A stretch of DNA of 64,000 nt from Perna viridis. Its lineage: Eukaryota. Below the pieces are notes generated by a model, which was given only the letters and a program-made list of their open reading frames with translations, was not told the DNA's origin and did no database searches. Shown piece by piece: positions 1 to 12,570 of the stretch (positions within the stretch are counted from its first letter, which is position 1; every line of letters begins with the position of its first letter). The stretch is from assembly GCA_037379345.1 (NCBI GenBank), contig CM074523.1, positions 9,599,507 through 9,663,506 on the forward strand, given 5' to 3'. A program made the position numbers and the translations under genes.

Positions 1-545
1 TTATAACGGACATTGAGATTAAAGGATCTAGTTGAACGATATTCTTTCTTTCGGATCAGATCAGGTATAAAGTCAGCCTCATAAGAGTGAAGGAATAGGC
101 CAGCAAGTAGAGGAGCATTATTTGTTCCCATTGGAATGCCAACCGTTTGTTTAAAAATGCGTCCACCACACTTGACAAATATGTTGTCGAATTCCAGCAT
201 TTTGTAAACATCTCCCGCTGAATATTTTGAAGATGATTTGCAATTATATTTTACAAAGTATGAGGAATCTCTACCAAGAACTATATATTTGTATCAAGAT
301 GTACCACATTTTTGTTAAAAAAACAACGGTGCATAATAATTTTAAGTAGGCCTTTTAACTGAGTATGGGGAAAAGAAGTATACATTGTCGAAAAATCATA
401 GGTTTTAATGATATTATATTCTGATAATAGTCTTGAACTGATTGCCTCCAAAAGATCTTTCGAATATTTCAGGATCCAGTTTGAATTAATACAACTATGG
501 GGGTAACAAGTGTTGCGATAAGACTGCAGACCCTCTTTGACAGCT
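1..545 (-). mobile_element. Penelope-like retroelement RT fragment (degenerate)
   Basis: Minus-strand translation gives KTYDFSTMYTSFPH...KYIVLGRDSSYFVK...DNIFVKCGGRIFKQTVGIPMGTNNAPLLAGLFLHSYE...RY, typical PLE RT motifs; frameshift/stop near 295; runs off the window edge. Confidence 0.85.
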
Positions 546-678
546 GTGATCATTCTCAAATATATTTCAACACAATTTCCATTCAAACGCATGATTTAAG
601 TGGCCAAATGTACATTGTATTTACTTTGTTAATATGTCGATTTTTGCGCATTCTAACTAATTAATTATAATATTGCAG

Positions 679-821
679 ACAACTCATCATTGCCAATTAT
701 TGCTGGAGTTGGAGGCGGGTTATTGTTCTTGATTATTTCCGTCATTACGTGTTGCTGTTGTTGTAGAGGGAAATTACCGAAGAACAAAGTCGGTGATATA
801 GAAAAGGACATAGAAAAGCAG
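679..821 (+). CDS. Transmembrane exon of a type-I membrane protein gene (gene C; upstream part outside window)
   Basis: ttgcag|AC...CAG|gtaaag, phase 1 to 0; NSSLPIIAGVGGGLLFLIISVITCCCCCRGKLPKNKVGDIEKDIEKQ = TM helix, Cys cluster, basic stop-transfer residues. Same phases as exon 23 of gene A. Confidence 0.75.
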
Positions 822-1269
822 GTAAAGGACATGTGCAATTATTATGTTTTTGATCTTCTAGTACCGGGTGCCATACAAAACGCAGTAGATAAAACGGAAT
901 AAATTAATGTTATGGAATGTTATAATGATAGGATAATTAGTCGGAAAGATTGAATTACCACAATATGATCACAAGTGCCGAAGAACGGCTAGATTTAACT
1001 TTTTCCTTGCACTAGTTAAAACTAAGTGCATTCTTAACACGTACATTCACTTACGTTTTTTACAAGAATATTTATTTTATCATTTGATCAGAAACTATAC
1101 TTGATGAAGTAAGAAAAATAACAGTTGCTTGGGCATGTACATGCTTTTGTCTATTGCATTATTTATTTAAGTTGAATATCAAAAAAGGTTTTGTCGTTTA
1201 CAATTTTGCGCCACAGGACTTAGTACCGACATGATTAAAAATTCTAAAAAAGTCAAACGGAAATAAACA

Positions 1270-1917
1270 CAATCAAACCTAAGTAGCTCGAACTCCAAGG
1301 GACTATTGAATTGAGCTCGAGTTATCGGGAGTTCCAAAAATTGAAGTTCGTATATTATCGGAATTTTTTTCATTGCCGGTCCGAGTTCAACTTTATCTTT
1401 AGAAATTACTTACATCCTACGACGTTTTGTTAGTTCATGGAACTTTTCCATCCGCTTTCGGAAGATTATGTTGATATGTGGACATTCAAAATGCTGTGTC
1501 TGCTTAAAAAACGAATTTTTTGGTCAATAATATGTTTTCATATGATTCTTTGCTGCTTTCATCATGACGACTTCGGAACATTTTCGAAATTCAATCAGTA
1601 CTGTATTAAGATTAAAACTACTTAATTAGTGATGACTTGAATATTTCCTGTAATTAACTAAAAAGAAACTGATTAATGATAGTTTCATTTTTCACACCTT
1701 TTAATACCCAAATTTACAAAATAGCTGACGAGTTCGAGTTAGTAAAGGTTATTCTCTTAAAATTTACTACCGAACGGACTGATATTCTGTTCGGGTGTTC
1801 GATAAATCCAAGGTTGTTTATCTTAATTATAAAAGAGAAAATATTGGTACTTTGAATTGTGTTCAAGAAATCCCGGGTGTTCGAGCTATCCGAGTTCGAG
1901 CGAGTAAAGTTCGACTG
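1270..1917. mobile_element. Non-autonomous Tc1/mariner-pogo-type MITE
   Basis: Imperfect TIRs caatcaaacct..gctcgaactc and gagttcgagcgagtaaagttcgactg, followed by TA; internal ttcga-rich subterminal repeats. Confidence 0.6.
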
Positions 1918-2059
1918 TATGGTAATTGTTGTCAACTAAATATACTGTAAATCTAGACTCCATAAATAAAAATATGAATTTCCCATCGGAAGTGAAAATA
2001 ATCATGTATTGAGACATAACATCTTCATGCTGTGACATTTTCTCTTGCTTTTTTATCAG

Positions 2060-2116
2060 AAAACTTCTGGAAGGATTAAACTGGAAACAAAGAAAATGGG
2101 ACGGTTCAACAGTTGA
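2060..2116 (+). CDS. Possible terminal exon of gene C (KTSGRIKLETKKMGRFNS*)
   Basis: Polypyrimidine tract plus cag acceptor at 2057-2059, phase 0 compatible with 679-821; no homology support. Confidence 0.3.
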   Translation, partial: KTSGRIKLETKKMGRFNS

Positions 2117-2467
2117 AGATCATCATCTACTTATCAAACAGTATAAATAAGTCCTTATTATGTCAAATAGAGTATAATACATTGTAATGTCATCGTGCCA
2201 TATATCATAAAATAATTGTATAATTACCGTAAGGAAATGTTGGTCTGCTAACATTGACTTCTGTTTGTGAAAACATCGAATTGTGATTATCAAGTGATAA
2301 ACATATAATATCAATCAGTTCAAATGTTATTCAAACAACTATTAAATTATGATTCTCTTTGATTGGTCATTTTATCTACTTCTTGAACGGGGTAGATATT
2401 TATGATATCATACTAAGGACGATGTCATACAAACTAGTAAACTCGCCGTTTGGTTTGTTGTGTATCA

Positions 2468-2678
2468 AAAGAGTAATCAAGGGATAATCATAGGAACCAA
2501 GGTTACAGCGGAAATCAAAAGAATGTAATCCAGGGTCAAAGACCAAACATGGAAAACAGATATACACAACAAAGAACATAAAGTTACTAATATCATACAT
2601 ACAAAGTAACAAAAGCAAATGAGCAACTCGAACTCCACAAAAAACCGGGAGCATGGACCTGGTGCATCGGTAGGGTTA
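2468..2678 (-). mobile_element. 3' end fragment of the Penelope-like family seen at 28814-29436
   Basis: Reverse complement of the shared ...gcacctggtccatgctccc...cccttgattactcttt terminal sequence. Confidence 0.85.
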
Positions 2679-4552
2679 AAGGGTTATGAATTATCATAAT
2701 AATTAGTCATTCGATTTAACCCGCGGCGAAATTTGTTTGCATATGAAAATACAACTAATAAGATTTTCTTTAAAGTCTAAAATTGCCAAAAAAAAATGAC
2801 AGCAGTGTAGAACCATAATTGGCTTCCATTTTTTAATCCGTAAGAGATGCTCATTAAACATATGACTAAAGACGTATAATTAATCTTTACATTAAAGAAA
2901 AACGTATTTTCTCATTAATTCATATCAGTTGTAGATGGTCTTGTAAGTTTCACACCGCTAATTGAACCAATGAGCTTTTAGATCGTATTCAAAATAGTCC
3001 TACACAAATTTTTAGTTCATTTGTGTTATGTCAGTGTAGAAAACTGCACATCAGTGAACCTATTTTAGCAGAAAATCATATTTTTTTTAAATTTGTACAT
3101 TAAACGATCACTGTATCTAAAGGAATTTATATATCTTTATGAGTTCTGTATGGTGACACGCTTTTGTGAATTGTAGGAGAATTCCCGTTATATTTTTATC
3201 ATTGACTTCTACAAGCTGGTGTCACACTGTAGTAAATTTCGGTGCTATTGGTGTGAACATGCAATATTTATGTGATATAAGTCGTCTGCAGGTTGAACGT
3301 AAGGTAGAAGCTCCATAACACATTGAACTGAAGTGAAATCAGCGTTGGAGCCTATGGCAAGGGACATATGTAAGTGGTATGTAGCCTTGAATGAAATGCA
3401 TTGCGAAATATCATTTTTCTTCAAAGTGTTCTGGCCTGTCTTAAAATTATTCAAAAGATTAATGCACAATTTAAGTTCTTTCCAAAGTATCTTCAAAAAT
3501 TTAAGCGGAATATATGATTTTCACCAATTTGTAGGCCTGATTGGTTAAGAAATGTACTTTTTTCTGTTAGTAAGTAGTTCATTGCATTTCTAAGGGTTCT
3601 AATATCTTGTCTATAGTAATACTAGTTTATCTTACCAAGTTTAGACTAGTTTAAATAAAAGAGATTTATATGAAGTTAAAGAATTCAAATATTTGAAAAT
3701 TCTTACTTATTAAGCAGTATCTTATGTAATAGTTTTATGAGAGAACATAACTATTACTAGAAAATCACCCATAAATAAGACTTTGGATGAAGAAATAGAA
3801 AATGTATTGGTATTATCAAGGGGACACGGTTCAGTTTTATTTTCATAAAACTGATAAAATTTGAAATAGCTTTGACTTTATAGCATTGGTTGTTTGTCAT
3901 TAACGCTTTTGTTAGTATTTTATTGACAGCTTGATTTATTTAGACAAAACAAAAAACAGATGATAGGAAACAGTCAAACCCTATTCCTTGATAAGCCAGA
4001 CAGTTTACTTGACCTTACAACTTTGATATACGTCTATTAAAACATTGTTTTTTGAAAACTTATAATTGAAACTGCGCATGTCTGAAAGTTGGTTGATTTT
4101 TTTTCAAAATATACAAATTGTTCAACAGAATCAATTGTTTAATTTTTGCAAGCAAACAATATCTCTTTAGGTTATACACCACTAATTTAATCTATGAACT
4201 TTTATAACGAACGCACAAACAGTACTACAGTGCACTTGTGTTATGTTAATTTGGAAAAGTTCACATAAAATTTTCATCTTTAGCATATTTTCTTTATTTG
4301 TACATAACATGGTCACTGTAACTAAATGCAATAAAATTACAATGTAGTTCAGAAGAAGTTATTTTAACAATTCGAATAATAATGTCAGGAGAATAAATAT
4401 TTGCTGGCGTTTTAAATTGTGCCTTAAAATACAAACGAAGTACAATCATGAAATAAATATTTCTTTTATGATACAAACTCTTTACATATAAGCATAATCA
4501 CGTTAGAATCCTCCAGTAAAATGTGTTGATATATCTTATTTCATAACTTCAC

Positions 4553-4662
4553 TTCATATTTTAATAATTTACTTCGGCAGGAAATACAAACAGTTATAGT
4601 CACTAATACCAACACAAAAATACCTCCAGTTCCCGCAAGGATCGGTATCACTAGTATATTTC
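4553..4662 (-). pseudogene. Gene B transmembrane exon
   Basis: NILVIPILAGTGGIFVLVLVTITVCISCRSKLLKYE, 110 nt, same length and splice sites as A exon 23. Confidence 0.85.
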
Positions 4663-5346
4663 CTAAATAAATTATATACAAGTTATTTTTTCAGAGGCAA
4701 TTAATATCATTTTATTGATTTAATTTTAAAGATTGAGTCATTGAGATACATTGTATTTGATGGAAACAATATCGAATAATTTGAAATTATCATATCTGCA
4801 TCCAATATTTCTGATTGGAACATTAAGAAACATAGTTGACATGGTAGGAAAAGACTAAAAATTTCAAAGTCTACTTTTATAAAATTAAATGCTTAGATTT
4901 AAGTTTGTTTTATGAAGTTTACAAACAGGAAATTCTTAATGAGGTGAATGAAGTTTTAATATTTTTTTAAATAAAGCATTTTTATTTTATCATTCAATAT
5001 TAAGTTCTTGTCAAATAATGAGGTTTATTACTGCAAAGTCAGAAAGCATTCAGAACAATAATTATGGCAATTTTTTTTCATTTGCGGCAAATATGCTATT
5101 TCAATTTTTGCACTTTTCCAAATAAAATTCCTGCATTAGTTATGATAAACAAATCAATATGCGATATTTAAATATTGCGAGTCAAGTCAGTGCCATCTGT
5201 ACAAAATATATACATTGCATTATTTTCTGAATGTATATAAATCGTAAAATCTAATATGAAATTGGTTTATAAAAGTTCTTTAATACACGATTGCATCTAA
5301 AGCAGTATGAAGGAAAAAATACAGTGTTGGAAAATACCACTCTTAC

Positions 5347-5960
5347 CTAAAAATGTCGGAAGAAGTAGACGTCCCATTGTTTCTAGGATTAGTTAAAAGC
5401 GTAGTAGACGTTGTAGTTGTCGGTGCCTTCGGAGTAGTATATGTCATCGATGTCGACAGAAAGCTGTTGTTGAATGTTATAAGTACATTTGAAGATGCTT
5501 CACTTATCATTTGTCTTTCTGTAACTGCCTTTGGTGTTACGTCTGTAGACATTAAGAAATTTCTACTTAAAGATCGAGAAAATATTTTAGTTGTTAATGC
5601 ATTACTTGACATTGGTCCTTCTGTAGAAGTATAAGATGATATCGATGTTGTCATCTTAGAAGTAAAGCTTTTTTCTGGTTTAGTTGATAGAAATATAAAC
5701 ACATCTGACATTGATTTAGTTAAGGTTGTTGGTATCGGTTGTAATGACGTGACAATATCAGTTGTTAGTCTCTTTGTCGCTTTAGCAGGTGATAATCCGG
5801 TTGGTTGGATCCATTCTGCATTTGATTTGATTGTTGTATGTTTTTTTTTTGACGTAAAAATACGGTTTATGAAATGAGAAGTTCTTTGGAAATGTTCACC
5901 CATTTGAGTATCTAGTATTGTTTTTTTTTCTGGTAGTAAACGTAGAATGAGAGGCATTAT
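5347..5960 (-). pseudogene. Gene B mucin-like Ser/Thr stalk exon
   Basis: ORF 5343-5972 aligns to A exon 21 (TTDIVTSLQPIPTTLT vs TTDIMTSLQPLPTTLT); homopolymer frameshifts near both ends. Confidence 0.8.
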
Positions 5961-6071
5961 CTGAAAGTACATGTCATGATGATACTTTATTTACAATACT
6001 GAAATGGAAAGTGAATAAACTCTCAAACAAAATAGATGATAGTAACAATTCGTAACCTGGGATATTCAATA

Positions 6072-7160
6072 AATATACAAATATGGGTATGAGGCTAAGA
6101 AAGGGGGTTTCGCGAGGTTGTGACGAGCGATTTACCACCATTTCACGTCGAGTAACCCATATTTCCGATATGCTAGGACACTGAGTTTTTGTTGTATTTA
6201 TCATGCAAATAAAAAATATATTGGTTTAAGTCTATTCTATGTGAAACCCCTTATTACATGGTTTACAAAAAGTACCCCTATTGCGCGTAATAATATCTTA
6301 GCGACAGTACGGGTAGGCATTTTTAAAGGAATATATTCGGGAGACTTTAAAAGTATTTTAATAATTATTGTCTTTGTAATTTCATGCAAACAAATGATCC
6401 TTATACAACACTACGGTTGCGAGGCTGAGTTATTTCTTCTTTGCGTAATCGGCGACTCACTTTTCTGATGATATTGTTGACAATGAGCGCTGAAATGAGT
6501 TCGTTAATTTAGGATTTATTTTTAACTTTATATCGTAAATATCGTGAACATCACATATCACAATAATATAAATGAAAAAGGTAACTGTTTTCCACCTGGA
6601 AAAAATGTCAACAAATCTTGTCAAACGCTTTTACTGTATCACTACGTCACAAAACGAGTCCTATATGCATGGAATTCGGGAGTGGATGCATGTAAACATT
6701 AAGATTTTGGATGGGCGAACGTCGTGCCATAAAGCATATAGTTATCAAGCTGATTTGCCTGGGTATGAGAGTTCAGAGATGAGCTGAAGAACTGAGAAGG
6801 CGGTAAATGGCGTGACATATGACAATGAGACGGACCGGCGGGAAGTGCCCGATGCTGACTTGTGGTTGTGGTGACGGATTTGGATTTGACAGTATCGCGG
6901 ATATTTCCCGGTGTTTATTTTTAGATAGAGCACTGTAATTGGTGATGTAAGCTCCAGGGAGGAGATATATTACATGCAGAAAACGTACAAAATGTATGAC
7001 TGATTTTATCAGCGATATCAACACAGAGGCCACCATATTGTTTACAGTTTCGAAGGCAAAACGTAGTCCTCACGTTATTCTAAATTCTAAAAATAAGTGC
7101 CAAATATCGATTTACAATATTGGACATGCAATATTGGGCGAAAATGGGTCCTTTGCAGAG
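6072..7160. mobile_element. About 1.1 kb insertion, probable non-autonomous transposon
   Basis: The duplicated intron copy at 8481-8520 reads gatattcaaTAacatgc uninterrupted; here the same sequence is split by this segment with TA on both sides. TIRs not recognisable. Confidence 0.5.
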
Positions 7161-8611
7161 TAACATACAATGCACTTAACATGCATAATCTATATAATAT
7201 ATTTCCCGCAAAAATAACTTTGTGATTATGAATTATGTAAAATCCAAAGTTAAGAGTTTTCTATTCAGAATATTGAAGTTCTAGTTTTAATATAGTAAAA
7301 TCCAATCTATATATTGCTTCTCGAAATCATAAACTTATCAACCAAAATGAATTTAACAAATAGGAATCTTTAGATAACTACCTATAAGACGGCGATGTAA
7401 CTCCTCCCCCCTACATGCGACTAACTACTGGACAATAAATATTGTCCGATTCCATTTAAATAACAGTGAGGTGCGGGTGCTCATGCAGTTAGTTAACCTC
7501 GCGAACGCATTTATCATGCAATATAGTCTGTTCATAAATTATAGTGTGTTTCTTCATACTGTCCCGTCAAAATCGTCAAGACGATAGAATGAACGAATGA
7601 ATTAATAAATGGATGAATGAATGGATGTATGAATGAATGAATGATTAAAGTTTATCATGCAAATCAACCCAGTGACGCACACCTCCTGCGTCAAAAAATA
7701 TGGGTTCGTCCCTGAACTCTTAAACAAATGTATATTCAAAATAGACAAAAATATTCAGTCTATAGCATGTAAAAAATGGTTCACATGATATGAAATCTGT
7801 TCCTCCTCGCGTTCTGATTTGTGTATCAAATACATCTAGTCTATAGTTGTATTCGATACACAAATCAGAAGCCTTCTCTGGAATTTCTGTGATACGACTA
7901 CGAATTGGTCACATAACAATATATCGGAAAATCACCTTTCCACAATTTAACGAACATTTCACATTTTACGAAATAAATACTTGTTGGAAAATATTATCAG
8001 GTTTGGCCATCACATGAATTTAATTCAAATTCAAGTATACCTTCGTCACACGTATATAATTATAAACTTACCCGGGCTGGTACCATATACAAACTGACTT
8101 TGGATAACAGATTCATATAAGAACATCGCCTTGTGTCGAAATCTGTTACTTATCAGGCCGTTCCGGAACTATACGTGGTACAGAGGACAGGAACAATATT
8201 TGTAGAACATCTTAATTGTTGGGGTGATGGATTGTTCTATAAGTTAATATTGGTTGGACAAGATCTCGGTCGAACCTTCAAAATGTCGTAGTGGAAAATG
8301 GTTCCGGTCCAGTTATATATAAATTGGCCATTGCTAAAATTGAGCGGTCTAATGATATATAATTTACTTCTGAAAGTACACATTATGTAACTTAATTTAC
8401 AATACTGCAATGCAAATAAATTCGAGCAAAATTAATAAACTCTCAAATATAATAGATGATAGTAACAATTCGTAACATGGGATATTCAATAACATGCAAT
8501 GCGCGTAACGTGCATTATCTATATCAAATGTTCCTGCCAAAGTAAATAAACTTGGAGATTATGAATTATGTAAATATTCGAATCACAGTTCGATTCAATT
8601 TCCAAAGATTG

Positions 8612-8824
8612 GAGCTTTCTATTCAGACTATTGACGTTCTAGTCTCAATATAGTAAAATCAAATCTATACATTACTTCTCTAGAGCTTTCTATTCAGAAT
8701 ATTGACGTTCTAGTCTCAATATAGTAAAATCCAATCTATACATTACTTCACTAGAGCTCTCTTTTCAGAATATTGAAGTTCTAGTCCCAATATAGTAAAA
8801 TCCAATCTATAAATTACTTCTCTA
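8612..8824. repeat. 71-bp tandem repeat x3
   Basis: Unit gagctttctattcagaatattgacgttctagtctcaatatagtaaaatccaatctatacattacttctcta starts at 8612, 8683, 8754; single copy at about 7254-7323. Confidence 0.9.
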
Positions 8825-10225
8825 GATCATTAACTTATCAACCAAAATGAATTTAACAAATAGGAATCTTTAGATAACTACCTGAAAGACGGCGATGTAA
8901 CTCCTCCGCGCTACATGTGACTAAATACTGGACAACAAATATTGTCTGATTCCATTTAAATACCAGTGAAGTGCGGGTTTTCATGCAGCTAGTTTAGCGC
9001 GCGAACACAGATATCGTTAAATATAGTCCGTTCATTAATTTAAAGTCTATTTCTTCATACTGTCCCGTCAAATTCGTCATTAAGATAGAATGAACGAATG
9101 AATGAGTAAATGGATACATGAAGAAATGAATGATTAATGTTTATTATGCAAATCAACCCAGTGACATATATATATATATAGATCTTTTTCAAATTTTGTA
9201 TAATGTACTTCAAAGCCTTTATGCCCTTTTCAACCTTTTGTTCTCGAGATTCAGTCTAAAGTGTCTACAATGATTGCACGTTATTATCTGATTTTCAAAC
9301 CTGTTACGTATTGTGTGTGTGCAGGAAAAATGAATATCTAGTGATTTCACTAAATATAGACTATCATTGAAGTATATGGAAAAAATGTTGTTTTTGTTTT
9401 TAGCTAAAAATAGATTTTAAATGTCATATTTACATGAATAACAGATTATATAAATATGACCACGTTTGTAAGAAAAAATGTTCATAAGACATAAAAAATA
9501 TGTCAATTTTTATGATGCGACATTAATAATCATTGTAAACTATTATTTACAAGGGTATGTACTTCATATTATTAATAAAGCAAACAATACATACTGTCAC
9601 CAACAGGTGCATCAATATCACTTTTACAAACACCAGCTACACACCACTGTAAATTAGAAACACAAAACAACATTGGCATGTGTTTATAAACATTGATGTA
9701 TTAATCAAATACTGAACTACTGTTCTATCTTGAAATATTCAATTCAAGTTTCATGGATATATATAAATATAATATAAAGTGAGCAAGGTAAAACATGAAA
9801 CGCACTCAAATAAAAATACATGCATGCCACCTTTCATTTTGTAAGCAATGTTAATAATTCTACGAACCTCCAAAATAGATTTAAATCTTCCTGATGAACT
9901 TTGAATTACAAATATTCTAATACACTCTTCGAATTGTTATAGTCCGAAAAGTCCGACATTGGTAAAAAATGCACCTTTACACTGCAACACGTATTTAAAG
10001 ATTTATTTGATTTGTTCTCGTTAAATCTTATTCTGTTCTGTTTATTCTGTTCATTAGCAAAACTGACTACGTAATTTCCGTAAACAGTTATGCGCGATAC
10101 TGCTGCTGAATGTTTTGGACATCCCTATCTGGAAAAATCTCTGATCCGATTTGTACAGTGGACTCAGGTAATAATACAGTTATTAACGCTCCGTTTGAGG
10201 ACGTTAAGCATAAAAATATTATATT

Positions 10226-10356
10226 ATTGCGTACGGTTTTCTATATTTGCTTAGTTATTGGTCCAGTGATAGCCATATTGGGCTGAGGGGTATTCGAAGT
10301 CCATTATTGGTAGCCGTGGACCAATAACTCTGCCAATATGGGAAACCTTACGCAAT
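10226..10356. repeat. Fold-back (palindromic) MITE-like element
   Basis: attgcgtacggttttctatatt..gttattggtcca pairs with tggaccaataac..aatatgggaaaccttacgcaat. Confidence 0.7.
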
Positions 10357-11436
10357 TACCTGTTTATTAACTAACTAAACCAATATAACGTATTGAACGG
10401 TTTAAATAATGTTGGTGCACTTTTTTATTTGTATTGTATTGGCAGTTTTGTTCATATTTATATTAGTCGATAATGACGCCTATTGAGCACAGATGTGAAA
10501 ATAATGATATCTCTACTCAACATATTTATATAAATCCTTTGGGTCACTCGATGCATGCATAATGAGCGATATATCTTTTCGTGACTGAAATTTTAAATAG
10601 TGAACCTCCATGAAATTCTGAGCTACACGTATTTTTTTCCCCCTTTCTGGTCTAATACAATTATACGAATTTTAAAAAGTTTAAAGTACAAACCTTTTTA
10701 GTGTCACAGAGAATTTTGTCGTTTGCTTTTATTGAAACACATATTTTCGGATCAGACGGATCACTACACCACAATTTCTCACAAATAGAATTGTAGTTTC
10801 CTTTGTAAATTCCCTGAAGATGAAAGTGAAAACATTTGTTTTTACAGAAGAAATGAAGCTTGCAATTGTAAAAATTGGTATTTTAAAATGTAAATACATA
10901 TATAGTAAGGAACTAAGGGAATATAATGTAGAATCTGTCTCTGGCATAGCTGCATTAGGCGTTTTTGTCAGTTTTCATTAAAAGTTAACATACGTCAAAT
11001 TATAACGTGCGTTCAGGCAAATGTCGTATACTTTAAACATCTAAAATATGCCATATTAGCTATTGAATCATTTATCATGGAAAACGTTTCATGGAATAAC
11101 TGTACAATTTCATTATTTATCCGTATTTCAAATGGTTAAGAATATTTAACAAATATATTTAAGCTGTCGTTCAGTGTTAAATAATCGAATATATATGCCA
11201 TACCCATGTTAAAATGAGTACAAATCTACACACACCAGGAATTACTTCTTTCCTAATATGACAATTACGGGAATTTTTTGTGGCAAAAAATGCCTTAGGC
11301 GTAGCCAAAATAACGGCTGTTCCGTTTAACCTCCCCAGTATGGAAGTTGGATTATTTTTTTTTATATTTATGTCATCGTATGTGTTAAATTTGTGTATTT
11401 ATATAATTGATTTCATTTCCATAACCTCTCAGTCGT

Positions 11437-11504
11437 TACATCATCGCGTAAACGTTTTTAAATGAGTGTTTACATCATCGCGTAAACGTTTTTAGATGAG
11501 TGTT
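11437..11504. repeat. 34-bp tandem duplication
   Basis: ttacatcatcgcgtaaacgttttta(a/g)atgagtgt twice. Confidence 0.85.
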
Positions 11505-12404
11505 TTGTCTCGAAGTGACAACAAAGGAAAAGAGACAGTGCGCAGGTGCTAAAGGTGGGGTTGTACCGACATATACTGTTTGACGATATGAGGACGTCAT
11601 ATTAGAAATATAATTATACATATCATATCATAAAAGAACTACATATTGTTATCAAATGTTAATAAAACAAGAAACATACCCTACAAAGAAAAGAACTTTT
11701 CCCTACGATCCCTTTACACAGTTGATCTGGGTCTGTAATATTCTTAAGTGCACATTGAGATTTGCAGGTTCTGCAGCATTTATGTTGAACATGCTGACAG
11801 TTGTGGGGTGCTGCACTGTACATCTGTGGGCATGTCCATCCATTTGAAAATACCCTGCCTACTTTGTCTCCATACAGGCAATTTTCTACAAATGTTAAGA
11901 ACAATGTTACCAAATTTTATTTTATATTTTTCCGGTTTAAATCATCAAACGAAAATGTTTTAAGCGTTTGTTAACAATTATCGTCTTTATATGTATGTAT
12001 AATGACTAAGATCTTGTAAAAAATTTTAATGAACCCCGCAAACTCTTGATTTAAGTCATACCTTATTGAATAAATCCTCAGAAACCAGGAAGGTTTATAT
12101 ATTACTTTGTAAGTTTCATTAACTAAATTAACTTTTTCAACTGTATAAAATCATGTGGCATTTTCTGCCATTTCCATTGGTATTAAAATACATGTTCAAT
12201 GTAAAAGATATTTTCACCCAATCCCACTTTTTTCCAAATTGCTTTAAAACCATTCTGAATTGTGAACAAACCTCAGGCATACCTTGACGCGCTTATATAT
12301 AAATTGTCTTAAAAATAAAATGTATTTTAAAACATATTAATCAATGACATATCAAATAGTCATCACTTCATGACTTATTGTTGTCCACGAAATGGTGTGG
12401 TCTA

Positions 12405-12570
12405 TATCTTGACTGAGATATTACACTAGGAAATGGTAACCTTTACGCTAAAATTTATGACAAAATAGATGATTTTGATTTTCCTATTGTTAATTTTACA
12501 TTCCTAGATGGCGATATTCATAAAGCATCTTCCTATGGTATTTGTATTTCACAACTGGTCCATTTAGCTG
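12405..12570 (+). mobile_element. Penelope-like RT thumb fragment (diverged subfamily)
   Basis: YLD*DITLGNGNLYAKIYDKIDDFDFPIVNFTFLDGDIHKASSYGICISQLVH. Confidence 0.8.
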
